The notes: generated by a model from the sequence alone, not told the origin. A stretch of DNA of 64,000 nt from an uncultured Alphaproteobacteria bacterium (GCA_934271195.1 CAKQRB010000052.1:4352-68351), one strand, 5' to 3'. Shown: positions 47,651 to 57,708, counted from the first letter of the stretch. Made by a program: numbers and translations.

Positions 47651-47731
47651 CGCCTGCATGAGAAGAACTCAAATTTAGAAGGGTGTAGAATGAGACTAAT
47701 AAGGCGGCTTTTAGCTGCGAGAAAAATTTTA
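47651..47731. repeat. 81-bp direct repeat, copy B
   Basis: 80/81 identical to copy A, with a 176-bp period. Each copy is followed on the plus strand by a GTGTAC…GTACA(C/T) hairpin plus AATTTT(T). Confidence 0.85.
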
Positions 47732-47801
47732 GTGTACAAAAGAAGTACATGAATTTTTCGAGACAGCGTAAAACCGCCTTAGTAGTCCATTATCCACCCT
47801 T

Positions 47802-49226
47802 CTAAGGAATGTAGACCGTGTGAAGCATATTAGTCCTTCCCTTTTTGCCAAGCGGGAAACCGGCCGTAATAATAATGAAATCACCAGACTTCGCATATCC
47901 GTTTTCCTTGACCAATTTAATGGCAATTTCTTCCACCTTGTCAAAGCTTTTATAACTCTCTTTATTAAGAAAAGGTTTCGTTCCCCAAACCAGTGCCATC
48001 CTCCGAGCCACTTCTGCATCTGGTGTAACGGCAAGAATAGGCTGAGTCGGACGTTCACGCGCTGCCAGCAATGTCGTAAATCCGGAAGTCGTATAAGTCA
48101 CAATCGCCGATACATTTTTCAAAACTCCGGAAATCTCACTGGCCGCAAAAGTAATGGCATCTGCCTCTCCGCAACAACAAGGATGAATGCGAGAATTTTC
48201 CATATGTTTGTAAAACAACGGATCAGCCTCGACTTTGGTAATAATGCTGTTCATCATTCTTACGGCTTCAACCGGATATTTTCCGGCCGCACTCTCGGCT
48301 GACAGCATAACCACATCGGCGCCATCATACACGGCAGTCGCCACATCGGAAACCTCGGCGCGTGTCGGACTGGGATTATTAATCATCGATTCCAACATCT
48401 GAGTTGCCACAATCACCGGACGCGCATATTTGCGGCAGGCCGTCACAATCCGCTTTTGCAAAACAGGTACCGTCGGCAACGGACATTCCACGCCCAAATC
48501 GCCGCGCGCTACCATAATAGCGTCCGAAAGCTCAATAATCTGCTCCAGATCATCAATGGCGCTCGGCTTTTCCAGTTTGGAAATCAGCCAAGCCTTATCG
48601 CCGATAAGCTCACGCGCATAGCGCACATCGTCAGCAGACTGCACAAAAGACATACCAATCCAGTCAACCCCGAGTTTAAGTGCAAACTTTAAGTCGTCTT
48701 TGTCTTTCTCGGTAATAGCCGAAATCGGCAACTGCGTATTCGGCAGGTTCACGCCTTTATGACTTGACAAATAGCCTCCGACCTTAACAATCGTCCGCAT
48801 CATATGGTCATTCGCTTCTTCCACGTCCAAAACAATACTGCCGTCATTAAGCAAAAGCTCGTCACCGGCTTTGACCGCGGCAAAAATCTCGGGATGCGGC
48901 AAATTAACGCGAGTAACATCACCGGGGACTTTATCCATATCCAAAACAAAAGACTGCCCGTCTTTCAAAAAGACCTTGCCGTCGGCAAACTCGCCAACCC
49001 TGAGTTTTGGCCCCTGCATATCGGCCAGAATGGAAATATGAACTTTCTTTTCCTTCTCAAGCTTGCGCACAATCTCATAACGTTCCTTATGCTCTTCATG
49101 AGTTCCATGGCTGAAATTAAAGCGAAATCCGTCCACACCGGCATCAATCAATTTTTCAATTTGTTCACGGGTTGAAGAAGACGGACCGATGGTTGCAAGA
49201 ATTTTTGTTTTGGTTTTTTGCGGCAT
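47802..49226 (-). CDS. pyk: Pyruvate kinase
   Basis: 474 aa (MPQKTKTKILATIGPSSSTREQIEKLIDAGVDGFRFNFSHGTHEEH…). Classic PK. Confidence 0.95.
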   Translation of the reverse strand: MPQKTKTKILATIGPSSSTREQIEKLIDAGVDGFRFNFSHGTHEEHKERYEIVRKLEKEKKVHISILADMQGPKLRVGEFADGKVFLKDGQSFVLDMDKVPGDVTRVNLPHPEIFAAVKAGDELLLNDGSIVLDVEEANDHMMRTIVKVGGYLSSHKGVNLPNTQLPISAITEKDKDDLKFALKLGVDWIGMSFVQSADDVRYARELIGDKAWLISKLEKPSAIDDLEQIIELSDAIMVARGDLGVECPLPTVPVLQKRIVTACRKYARPVIVATQMLESMINNPSPTRAEVSDVATAVYDGADVVMLSAESAAGKYPVEAVRMMNSIITKVEADPLFYKHMENSRIHPCCCGEADAITFAASEISGVLKNVSAIVTYTTSGFTTLLAARERPTQPILAVTPDAEVARRMALVWGTKPFLNKESYKSFDKVEEIAIKLVKENGYAKSGDFIIITAGFPLGKKGRTNMLHTVYIP

Positions 49227-49366
49227 ATGACACCTCGTAAAAATTTAAATCAGAATACTGACAGCAATATCAAAAATAAGTTAATAGCTTATTAAACTTA
49301 TTATTGTAAAACACAAACATCTTTGTTAACTTATACCACGAAGTAATTAATTTTTAGGAGAAAACA

Positions 49367-49627
49367 ATGAGTGAAGAAGAACAAAAATCAGATGTCGGCG
49401 GCATTGCGGCTGACCGTCTGCGTTCGCTGATTGAACGAATTGAACGTCTGGAAGAAGAGAAAAAAGGCATCAGCTCCGACATCCGCGACATTTTTGCCGA
49501 AGCCAAAGGCGCCGGATTCGATGTCAAAACCATGCGCACAATCCTCAAACTGCGCAAGATGAACGCCGCCGACCGCGACGAGCAGGAGTTCCTGATTGAG
49601 ACCTACCGCAAAGCTCTGGACATTTAA
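49367..49627 (+). CDS. DUF2312 / GapR-like nucleoid-associated protein
   Basis: 86 aa (…LRSLIERIERLEEEKKGISSDIRDIFAEAKGAGFDVKTMRTILKLRK…). Closely resembles Caulobacter GapR (…YAEAKGNGFDVKVLKKVVRIRK…). This family is essentially restricted to alphaproteobacteria. Confidence 0.8.
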   Translation: MSEEEQKSDVGGIAADRLRSLIERIERLEEEKKGISSDIRDIFAEAKGAGFDVKTMRTILKLRKMNAADRDEQEFLIETYRKALDI

Positions 49628-49630
49628 GTC

Positions 49631-49660
49631 AAAAGCCCGTTATGCAAACGGGCTTTTTTT
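49631..49660. terminator. Bidirectional rho-independent terminator (GapR-like gene and the convergent chromate-transporter gene)
   Basis: AAAAGCCCG-ttatgcaaa-CGGGCTTTTTTT. The A-run and T-run allow use on both strands. Confidence 0.75.
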
Positions 49661-50177
49661 ACAGTTTGAGCACAATTCCGACAACCGCGCCCAAAAGAAT
49701 ATAAACTATCGGATGCAGCTTGATAAAATGGATAGCCGCAAAGAACGCCATACAGATAACCGCAGTCAAAATATTGACAACCGCCAGATTAAACAACTGT
49801 ACTGAAGCGCCGAAAATAAGCGCCACCACTGCCGGACGAACAGCGTAAAAACCTGTTTGCAGATAACAATTGTCCTTAAATCGAAACAACATTTTGCTCA
49901 CCCAGACAATCACAATCAACGATGGCAGCGTCAGCCCGAACGTCGCAATCATACCGCCCCAAACACCGGCAGTGTTAAAACCGGCATAAGTGGACATATT
50001 CACCCCGAGCGGCCCCGGTGTGGATTCTGAAATTGCAATCATATCCGCCAGTTCCTGATAAGAAAACCAACCGTATTTATCACTCAGATTAAACAAAAAC
50101 GGCACCGTCACCAAACCGCCGCCGATAGCCAGCAGGCCGATTTTAAAAAACTCCCAGAACAACAAAACGTAAATCAT
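49659..50177 (-). CDS. Short-chain chromate-transporter (CHR) family protein, second of a pair
   Basis: Start set at the Met (MIYVLLFWEFFKIGLLAIGGGLVTVPFL…) whose ATG overlaps the upstream partner's stop; the ORF track extends to 50324. About 172 aa with 6 TM helices and a CHR signature. Confidence 0.75.
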   Translation of the reverse strand: MIYVLLFWEFFKIGLLAIGGGLVTVPFLFNLSDKYGWFSYQELADMIAISESTPGPLGVNMSTYAGFNTAGVWGGMIATFGLTLPSLIVIVWVSKMLFRFKDNCYLQTGFYAVRPAVVALIFGASVQLFNLAVVNILTAVICMAFFAAIHFIKLHPIVYILLGAVVGIVLKL

Positions 50178-50713
50178 TATCTGCTCCTCCGCTTTTGCAA
50201 AACGACGCCAAAAGCCACGGCCAAAAACACAATGACCGCCGGTGAAACCTTCAGCCCCAGCAACAGCCCGAAACTGACGACCAAAATTCCCAGACCGGTT
50301 TTGTCTCGGATTCCTTTTTTCCAAAAAGAAATCAACGTTTCCGCAATCAGAGCCACAACCACGATTCGAATACCGGTAAAAGCATGCGCCACATACGGAT
50401 TATCCAAAAAATTCCTCAGCAGCGAAGCAATCAGCATAATCAAAATCATTGACGGCGCAATAATACCGAAAGTTGCAACCACAGCACCGGTTTTGGCCCT
50501 CATTTTATAACCGCAGAAAGTCGCCACATTCACGGCAATAATCCCCGGCGTACACTGTCCGATGGAAAAATAATCCATCAGATCGGATTCGCTTATCCAT
50601 TTACGCCTGTCCGCAAGCTCGGCCTTTAAAAGCGGAATCATTGCATAACCGCCGCCAAACGTAAACATTCCGACCTTAAAAAAAGAAAAAAACAACTGCC
50701 ATAACAATTTCAT
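50177..50713 (-). CDS. Short-chain chromate-transporter (CHR) family protein, first of a pair
   Basis: 178 aa (…FKVGMFTFGGGYAMIPLL…). Paired half-size ChrA proteins, as in the heterodimeric SCHR systems. Confidence 0.75.
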   Translation of the reverse strand: MKLLWQLFFSFFKVGMFTFGGGYAMIPLLKAELADRRKWISESDLMDYFSIGQCTPGIIAVNVATFCGYKMRAKTGAVVATFGIIAPSMILIMLIASLLRNFLDNPYVAHAFTGIRIVVVALIAETLISFWKKGIRDKTGLGILVVSFGLLLGLKVSPAVIVFLAVAFGVVLQKRRSR

Positions 50714-50797
50714 AACATTATCCTCTGGTTTTCTTTAAGCTAATTATTATATCGTTAGCAGACAAGAGACAAGAAAATTTTCCAATAAGGATAAAGA

Positions 50798-51904
50798 ATG
50801 ATTATTGCGTTGCCCAAAGAAACCACTCCGCACGAAAAACGCGTTGCGCTGACGCCTGAAATTGTCAGCAGGCTCATCACCTGGGGATATCAGGTCAGGG
50901 TTGAAAAAGATGCCGGAACGGCTGCCGGTTTTTCTGACAAGAATTATCACAGCGCCGGAGCCGAAATTGCCGAAGGAGCCGCCCAAACTTACGCCGGCGC
51001 GAACATTGTCTGCAAAATCTGGGCACCCCTGCCCGCTGAAGACAAATACTTAAAAAAAAGCATGACCGTTATCGCCAATTTTCAAACGCTCGGCAATATA
51101 AAACGCACCGACAAATTCGCCGCCCTCGGCCTGACCTGTTTCGCGCTGGAGATGATACCGCGGACTTCCCGCGCCCAGTCAATGGACATCTTATCGTCCC
51201 AAAGCAACCTCGCCGGATACAAAGCGGTTATTGAAGCGGTCAAACGTCTGGACAAAGCCGTCCCGATGCTGATGACCGCCGCCGGTACGATTTCTCCGGC
51301 AAAAGTACTGATTCTGGGCGCAGGCGTTGCCGGACTGCAGGCCGTTGCAACCGCCAAACGTCTGGGTGCGCAGGTCTACGCTTCCGATATCCGCCCTCAG
51401 GTCAGGGAACAAGTTGAATCCCTCGGCGGCAGATTTCTGGACATTGAAACCGATGAAAGTCTGGAAAATGCCGGCGGATACGCCAAAGAAACCACCAAAG
51501 ACTATCAGAAAAAACAAAAACAGGCTATTACCGAACAACTCAAAAAAACCGACATCTTAATCACAACAGCTCTCATCCCCGGAAAAACGGCCCCTCTTCT
51601 GATTGACAAAGAAATGCTGGCGCTGATGCCGGACGGCAGTATCGCTCTTGACATGGCCGCTTCATCAGGCGGCAATATCGAAGGCTCGGCCGAAGGCAAA
51701 GAAACCGAGGTCTCGGGTGTCAGGGTACTGGGCGCCTCCAATCTGGCGTCAGAACTTCCCAATACCGCCAGCCGACTGTTTGCCAATAATATTTATAACT
51801 TCTTAAATGCCATGTACGATTCGGAAGAACACAAAATCATTTTCCGTTTTGAAGACGAACTTGTCAACAAAACCTGCATATGCAAAGACGGAGAAATAAG
51901 ATGA
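50798..51904 (+). CDS. pntAA: NAD(P) transhydrogenase subunit alpha part 1 (soluble dI domain)
   Basis: 368 aa ([26 protein letters not shown]…). Alanine-dehydrogenase-like fold with an NAD Rossmann motif ([12 protein letters not shown]). Confidence 0.9.
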   Translation: MIIALPKETTPHEKRVALTPEIVSRLITWGYQVRVEKDAGTAAGFSDKNYHSAGAEIAEGAAQTYAGANIVCKIWAPLPAEDKYLKKSMTVIANFQTLGNIKRTDKFAALGLTCFALEMIPRTSRAQSMDILSSQSNLAGYKAVIEAVKRLDKAVPMLMTAAGTISPAKVLILGAGVAGLQAVATAKRLGAQVYASDIRPQVREQVESLGGRFLDIETDESLENAGGYAKETTKDYQKKQKQAITEQLKKTDILITTALIPGKTAPLLIDKEMLALMPDGSIALDMAASSGGNIEGSAEGKETEVSGVRVLGASNLASELPNTASRLFANNIYNFLNAMYDSEEHKIIFRFEDELVNKTCICKDGEIR

Positions 51905-52200
51905 TAGATATTTGGTCCCTGCTCACGATTTTGGTTTTGGCCTGTTTTGTCGGCTACTTTGTCGTCTGGGGCGTAACGCCAGCGCTGCATTCTCCGCTCA
52001 TGAGCGTATCCAACGCCATTTCCGGAATCATTATTGTCGGCGCGCTGATAACCGCCGGCGTAGCAGAGATGAATACCTCAAAAATCTTCGGTCTGATTGC
52101 CGTATTTCTGGCCAGTGTAAACATCTTTGGCGGCTTTGCCGTTTCACACCGCATGCTGATAATGTTCAAAAAGAAAAAATTTCCTGAGGAGAAAAAATAA
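51901..52200 (+). CDS. pntAB: NAD(P) transhydrogenase subunit alpha part 2 (membrane)
   Basis: About 99 aa with 3 TM helices. Its ATG overlaps the pntAA stop (ATGA). The three-gene split is typical of alphaproteobacteria. Confidence 0.85.
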   Translation: MIDIWSLLTILVLACFVGYFVVWGVTPALHSPLMSVSNAISGIIIVGALITAGVAEMNTSKIFGLIAVFLASVNIFGGFAVSHRMLIMFKKKKFPEEKK

Positions 52201-53564
52201 TGAATAACGCATTCTTCTCAGCGTCCTATTTGCTATCAGGGATCTTGTTCATTCTGGCAATCCGCGGGCTGGCCTCTCCTCAAACGGCCCGCAAGGGCAA
52301 CATTCTCGGTATGCTTGGCATGACCATTGCCATCGTAATAACGTTAATGCTGCCGGAAATCAAAGACATCTACTGGATTCTGCTGATGATACTCAGTGGC
52401 GGACTGGTCGGAACCATTTTTGCATTAAAAGTAAAAATGACGGCGCTTCCGCAAATGGTTGCCGCATTTAACGGACTGGGAGGACTTGCCGCCGTTTTTA
52501 TCTCCGCAGCCGAAATTGCCGCCGGTTCCCAGGCCCGTCTGGAAGCCTCTTTCGGAATGCTCATCGGTGCCGTCGCTTTCTCCGGCTCGCTGATAGCCTT
52601 TGCCAAACTTCAGGGGATTATGTCGCCCAAAGCCATCATATTTGCCGGACAACAAAGCATAAATCTGTTTTTTGTTCTTGCCATTATCGGCTTAACCGCC
52701 GCTTACATAATCAACGGCAATATTGAATTATTTGAGATTCTAGTCTGCCTGTCAATCGTTTTTGGACTACTGTTGATTCTGCCGATTGGCGGTGCCGATA
52801 TGCCGGTTGTCATATCGGTTCTTAACGCTTACTCCGGCTGGGCGGCCGTGGGTATCGGTTTTTCCTTAAACAATGTTTTGATGATTATTGTCGGAGCAAT
52901 CGTCGGCGCCGGCGGCGCAATCCTGTCTTACATTATGACAAAAGCCATGAACCGCTTGCTGCTCAGCGTCATGCTTGGCGGATTCGGACTGGAAAAAACC
53001 GAAGACCTGCAACAAAATTCCCGTGACCGCAAAGTTGCCAAAGCTGGGAATCCGCAGGACGCCGCATTTATTATGGAAAATGCCAACAAAGTCATCATCG
53101 TTCCCGGTTACGGCATGGCCGTTGCTCAGGCACAGTATGTCTTAAAAGAAATGGCCGATGACCTCCGCAAAGACGGTGTAGAAGTAAAATACGCCATTCA
53201 TCCGGTCGCTGGACGAATGCCCGGTCATATGAACGTTCTGCTTGCCGAGGCTAATGTTCCGTATGAAGACGTCTATGAACTGGAAGAAATCAACCGCGAA
53301 TTTGCTTCGGCTGATGTTGCTTATGTTATCGGCGCCAACGACGTAACCAATCCGCTGGCCAAAACCGCCCCAGATTCGCCGATTTTCGGTATGCCGATAT
53401 TAGAAGTCGAAAAAGCCCGCACCGTGTTTTTTGTAAAGCGTTCTTTAGGCGCAGGCTATTCCGGTATCGAAAACCCGCTGCTCTTTGCAGATAATACAAT
53501 CATGCTGTACGGTGATGCCAAAAAAGTCACTGAAGAAATCGTCTCGGCGCTGGAACAAAAATAA
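52200..53564 (+). CDS. pntB: NAD(P) transhydrogenase subunit beta
   Basis: 454 aa with an N-terminal multi-TM region and a C-terminal NADP(H)-binding dIII domain (…IIVPGYGMAVAQAQ…). Confidence 0.9.
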   Translation: MNNAFFSASYLLSGILFILAIRGLASPQTARKGNILGMLGMTIAIVITLMLPEIKDIYWILLMILSGGLVGTIFALKVKMTALPQMVAAFNGLGGLAAVFISAAEIAAGSQARLEASFGMLIGAVAFSGSLIAFAKLQGIMSPKAIIFAGQQSINLFFVLAIIGLTAAYIINGNIELFEILVCLSIVFGLLLILPIGGADMPVVISVLNAYSGWAAVGIGFSLNNVLMIIVGAIVGAGGAILSYIMTKAMNRLLLSVMLGGFGLEKTEDLQQNSRDRKVAKAGNPQDAAFIMENANKVIIVPGYGMAVAQAQYVLKEMADDLRKDGVEVKYAIHPVAGRMPGHMNVLLAEANVPYEDVYELEEINREFASADVAYVIGANDVTNPLAKTAPDSPIFGMPILEVEKARTVFFVKRSLGAGYSGIENPLLFADNTIMLYGDAKKVTEEIVSALEQK

Positions 53565-53655
53565 CAATAAAAAATAAACGACTCTATAAAAAGAGGAAAA
53601 TAAAACTAAACATTAAAACACCGTCTGAACAAACTGTTCAAACGGTATCTTAAAT

Positions 53656-54144
53656 TCAGGGACTAACCCATTTTTGGCTATAGACCGGCAAAGCATCCGG
53701 AAAATTGCTGTAGACCTTTATTTGCAGGCTGTTTTTTGTAGTAACCACCTGCAGCCGGAACTCTTCTCCGCTGTCGGCAAATTTTCCCAAACACATCTCT
53801 TTGACACTGCTGTCTCCCGTCATAAAAATTTCAGAAAGAACTGTCACTGGCATATTTTTGCTCTGACGCCTGCCATTCAGATACAACTCTTTTCCCCGAA
53901 AATAAATTCTTTTCAAAACGTAGAGCATTTGTAAATTGTCGTCCCAGATAAATTCAACCCCGAGCTCCGGTATTGAAAAATATTCATTTTTCGGCGGATG
54001 CCGGTAAACCGGATCAACTTCGGCCTGACGAACAAGACGATTAGGAACAAACTCACCTTCGGTATTTCCGTTAAAGTGCTGGCAAAAACATTTCAAAGGT
54101 AGAAACATTGCCGCAAACATAAGTAAACAAAATAATTTTCTCAT
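53656..54144 (-). CDS. Secreted hypothetical protein
   Basis: 162 aa with a signal peptide (MRKLFCLLMFAAMFLPLKCFC). Confidence 0.45.
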   Translation of the reverse strand: MRKLFCLLMFAAMFLPLKCFCQHFNGNTEGEFVPNRLVRQAEVDPVYRHPPKNEYFSIPELGVEFIWDDNLQMLYVLKRIYFRGKELYLNGRRQSKNMPVTVLSEIFMTGDSSVKEMCLGKFADSGEEFRLQVVTTKNSLQIKVYSNFPDALPVYSQKWVSP

Positions 54145-54214
54145 ATTCTAAAATTTATAATAATACTTAATTCCGCACCACATTAGCATAAAAAACATTT
54201 TTGTCGAGTCATAA

Positions 54215-54766
54215 TCACCAATACAAAAGCAGAGCAAACAGCAAAAAACCATAAATCAGTATACCGGAAACAAACATCCCCGCCACACGAAAATCCGCTC
54301 GTGACGGCATGGCATTTTCAATAATAATCGTCTGCAAAAGCACATACAAAATGTAGTTTGTCAAATTCATCGGCAGTTGTGGCAAAATATAACGATTGAT
54401 GTAAAAACCGAGTGGCAACAGCAATAACGGCGCCATGGCTGCCGGCACGGCATTATAATATGTCACATTCTGAAAACCTACGCTTCCCATCACATAATAA
54501 CCGTTCAAATCCCGTTTCGGCCAAAGACTGAAATTCACCGGACGAGCGTTCATCAGCAACCCGACCCAATAATGCATAAATTCATGCAAAATCGTCCCTG
54601 GAATATTCACCAGCGCCGACAACCACAAACTGCGATAAGCAGCATATTTTGCCCGCACCAGAAAAATCACCAGCAAAATCAAATAAAAGCGATTATCAGC
54701 CACCGTCCAAAAAAGCTCTGAACTATTCCAGTAAGACGCCAGTTTTTGCCAAATTTCATACAGCAT
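54215..54766 (-). CDS. Membrane protein with an HExxH motif (putative zincin-like peptidase, DUF3267-like)
   Basis: Multi-TM. ILHEFMHYWVG sits within a hydrophobic context. Start set at the Met (MLYEIWQKL) abutting the TetR stop; the ORF track extends to 54808. Confidence 0.5.
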   Translation of the reverse strand: MLYEIWQKLASYWNSSELFWTVADNRFYLILLVIFLVRAKYAAYRSLWLSALVNIPGTILHEFMHYWVGLLMNARPVNFSLWPKRDLNGYYVMGSVGFQNVTYYNAVPAAMAPLLLLPLGFYINRYILPQLPMNLTNYILYVLLQTIIIENAMPSRADFRVAGMFVSGILIYGFLLFALLLYW

Positions 54767-55371
54767 CAGCCCTCCTGTCTCAAAACTTTCAGACCGGCCA
54801 GATAACAATTAAGCAACAGCTTACAAATGTTTTTACGGCTGTGCTTTCCGCCCTGCTGTGTCGCTAAAAAAGAACTCAGGCTGAACATGGCAAGCATCAA
54901 TACCTGCCGAAAAAGTTTTTTCTCCTTCCGCCCGAAATGGCCGACTTCACGTTCAAAATCCTTCTTCCACACGTCTGCCAGCCTGACAAACCGGCGCAGA
55001 TAAGCAGACGGCAAACTGCTTTCTTTATGGTAAAGATGAAAGTTAAACAAAAGGAACCATAAATTTTCATGCCCCAATACCCAGCCGGCATAAACATCCG
55101 CATACATATTCAGATTTTTATAACTGTCCTGCGAAGGCACAATCTGCCGCATTGCCAGAACCAAATCGTCCAGTGTCTGCATATTCTGTGCAATCACAAA
55201 ATTATCCATATTGGCAAATTGATTATAAATCGTCCCGACGGAACAGCCTGACACTTCTGACAACTTGCGCGCTGTCAGAAATTCAGCCCCTTTCTGTACT
55301 ACAAGCTTCCGTCCGGTCTTAATTAACAAAGCCCTGATTTCTGCTTTCTTATTGTCTTTTGTATCTGTCAT
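54766..55371 (-). CDS. TetR/AcrR family transcriptional regulator
   Basis: 201 aa. N-terminal HTH (LTARKLSEVSGCSVGTIYNQFANMD). Co-directional with, and immediately upstream of, the HExxH membrane protein. Confidence 0.8.
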   Translation of the reverse strand: MTDTKDNKKAEIRALLIKTGRKLVVQKGAEFLTARKLSEVSGCSVGTIYNQFANMDNFVIAQNMQTLDDLVLAMRQIVPSQDSYKNLNMYADVYAGWVLGHENLWFLLFNFHLYHKESSLPSAYLRRFVRLADVWKKDFEREVGHFGRKEKKLFRQVLMLAMFSLSSFLATQQGGKHSRKNICKLLLNCYLAGLKVLRQEG

Positions 55372-55467
55372 TATTATATCATCTTAACAAAATATTTGTA
55401 AATTAAGGCTATATTAAAACAAATCTGAACAGTGTTCAATTTTTTTATTGCCGGTAAGGATAAAAAT

Positions 55468-56316
55468 ATGAAAAAGAGTTTTTACATCATCGCCACTCTG
55501 CTCTGCACAGCTGCTTTTGGGCTCCGTGCTCAGGAAAACGCCGATTTTTATAAAGATATCATGATCTCTGAAGAGCTCAAAATGCATGACAAAATGGATG
55601 ACGCCTCACAACAGGCTCGTAAACTGCTCAAACAAAAACAAAAACCTGTCAAACTCGCCCTGCCGGAGGAAATCGAGCCGGCTCGGCTGCGCAAACGCAA
55701 ACCGGTAGAGATCAAAAAAGCCGCGCCGGAAAACTTGTCGCCGGCACCATTCGGACTTCTCTGGGGAGCAACCATTGCCGATATCAATGACCTCGGCATC
55801 ACGCTTAATTCCATCGAAATCAAAGATTATGTCAACACTTTCAGCGCCAAAAACTTGCCCAAATCCGTCATCGGATTCCGGACGGTTGACGTTGTTTTCG
55901 GACAAGAAAACGAACTTTGGCGGATTATCGCTTATGGCAACTTTCTCAATGATGACGCCTCCGCCAGCAAAGTCATGCTTGAATACCGCAAATATTATGC
56001 CCTTTTGAACAAAAAATACGGCAATGCGCAGGAAACTTATATCCCCGCAGCTACCAACGTTGACCAAAATTCCAAAGATGAATCGGCACCGGCGTTCGTA
56101 CCGTGCAAAAACGCCCCCAACCCGCAAAATGCACCGAACTTGTTAAAAAATCTGCAATCGGGACAGACCACGATTTATGCCACTTTTCAAAACAAAGACA
56201 CCGGCGCGGCTTTAACAGTCAGCGTTGATGGAGAAGGTAAAAGCTACATCACCATTGACTACAGAAGTTTGAGGATTCTCCGCCGGCGCGAAGCGCAAAC
56301 TCTGGATGCTCTATAA
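55468..56316 (+). CDS. Secreted hypothetical protein
   Basis: Signal peptide MKKSFYIIATLLCTAAFGLRAQ. Start placed there; the ORF track starts 36 nt upstream. Confidence 0.45.
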   Translation: MKKSFYIIATLLCTAAFGLRAQENADFYKDIMISEELKMHDKMDDASQQARKLLKQKQKPVKLALPEEIEPARLRKRKPVEIKKAAPENLSPAPFGLLWGATIADINDLGITLNSIEIKDYVNTFSAKNLPKSVIGFRTVDVVFGQENELWRIIAYGNFLNDDASASKVMLEYRKYYALLNKKYGNAQETYIPAATNVDQNSKDESAPAFVPCKNAPNPQNAPNLLKNLQSGQTTIYATFQNKDTGAALTVSVDGEGKSYITIDYRSLRILRRREAQTLDAL

Positions 56317-56326
56317 TTTTTAAGGA

Positions 56327-57706
56327 TTGAACAAAATGAAAAAAGTTAGTTTCTGCGGCATCACCGGCAACGGCATGAGCGCCCTCGCCCAAATCTTAAA
56401 ACTTGAGGGCTGTGAAGTCCGCGGTTCCGACCTGAATATTGACAAAGGACTGGACGGAGACCACCGCCGCGAAAAACTGGAAGCTGTCGGCATCAGATTT
56501 TTTCCGCAAGACGGTTCTGCAGTCTCCGATGATTTGGACACGCTGTATATCACTAGTGTCATCAATGAGCAAAATCCCGATGTTAAAACCGCTCTTGCCA
56601 AAGGCGTTAAAATTCAAAGCCGCTCGGATCTGCTGGCCGAAATTTTTCATCGCAGCAAATATGGCATTGCCGTCGGCGGCACCTGCGGCAAAACCACAAC
56701 CACGGCCATGATCGGATACATTCTCAACGAACTCGGCAAAAAACCTTGTGTCATAAACGGTGGTTTTTTCAAAAACTATGCCTCAGACAAAGGACTTGCC
56801 AACTACATTTATAATCGCGGCGAAATCTGCGTGATTGAAGCCGACGAAAGCGACGGCTCGATTTGCAAATATCATCCTTACATTGCCTTGATTAACAATA
56901 TCGGACATGACCACAAACCTCTGGAAGAGCTGAAAGAATATTTTTCCGAATTCGCAGCTCATACGTCGCGCGGCGTTGTTGTCAATTATGATTGTCCGAA
57001 TGCCCGTATAATCAGCCATCACCCCAATACTTTTTCCTATTCGGTTTCAGATTCCCGCGCCAATCTCTTTGCTTCGGAAATCGGGCTGACAGAACATGGC
57101 GTAAAATACACCATAGCCGGACAAAGCTTCAACCTTCAGCTGCTCGGACGTTTTAACATTTCTAACGCTCTGGCCGCCATCTCGGCCTGTATGCTGCTCG
57201 GCATTGACAAATTTGAAGCCGCCCGCACTCTCGAAGGCTTTACCGGAACCGAGCGCCGTCTGGAATGTATTGGCCGAAGCAAACGCAGCGGCATAACAGT
57301 CTATGACGATTTTGCCCACAATCCGCAAAAAATTGAAGCCTCGCTTGGTACATTAAGAGAATACCCCGGCAGAATCATTGCCGTCTATCAGGCTCACACG
57401 CCTTTCTCCGCCCGCAATACCGGCAAAGAAGACGGCGAAGTTTTCGGCCGTACTCTTAACAAAGATGACATTCTTCTCATGCCGGACATTTATGAACGCA
57501 TTCCGGAACGCGATACCGACATTTCCGGCGCAAACCTCGTACAATACGCCAAAGACAACGGTGTAAATGCACTGTATCTGGAAACCAAAGACAAAGTTCG
57601 GGAATATATTTTGCAAAATGCCCGTCCCGGCGACCGTATTATCGTCATGGGCGCGCATGACAATTCCCTTCCCGATTTTTGCCGCAGTCTTTTGAAGGAT
57701 TTATAA
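56327..57706 (+). CDS. Mur ligase family enzyme: MurC (UDP-MurNAc--L-Ala ligase) or an Mpl-type murein-peptide recycling ligase
   Basis: 459 aa. N-terminal FCGITGNGMSALAQIL… (GxGMS as in MurC) and a Mur-ligase P-loop GTCGKTTTTAMI. The canonical murC slot in the dcw cluster is empty. The adjacent ldcA would instead fit Mpl. Paralog identity unresolved. Confidence 0.6.
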   Translation: MNKMKKVSFCGITGNGMSALAQILKLEGCEVRGSDLNIDKGLDGDHRREKLEAVGIRFFPQDGSAVSDDLDTLYITSVINEQNPDVKTALAKGVKIQSRSDLLAEIFHRSKYGIAVGGTCGKTTTTAMIGYILNELGKKPCVINGGFFKNYASDKGLANYIYNRGEICVIEADESDGSICKYHPYIALINNIGHDHKPLEELKEYFSEFAAHTSRGVVVNYDCPNARIISHHPNTFSYSVSDSRANLFASEIGLTEHGVKYTIAGQSFNLQLLGRFNISNALAAISACMLLGIDKFEAARTLEGFTGTERRLECIGRSKRSGITVYDDFAHNPQKIEASLGTLREYPGRIIAVYQAHTPFSARNTGKEDGEVFGRTLNKDDILLMPDIYERIPERDTDISGANLVQYAKDNGVNALYLETKDKVREYILQNARPGDRIIVMGAHDNSLPDFCRSLLKDL

Positions 57707-57708
57707 AA

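Noticed and set aside
47394-47659. ORFs crossing the 81-bp repeats (47394-47582 plus, 47471-47659 minus)
   Set aside because: They are Arg/Leu-rich translations of repeat DNA with no SD and no conservation logic. The repeat was also considered as a CRISPR array and rejected: there are only two copies, an 81-bp unit with a 95-bp spacer, and no cas genes.
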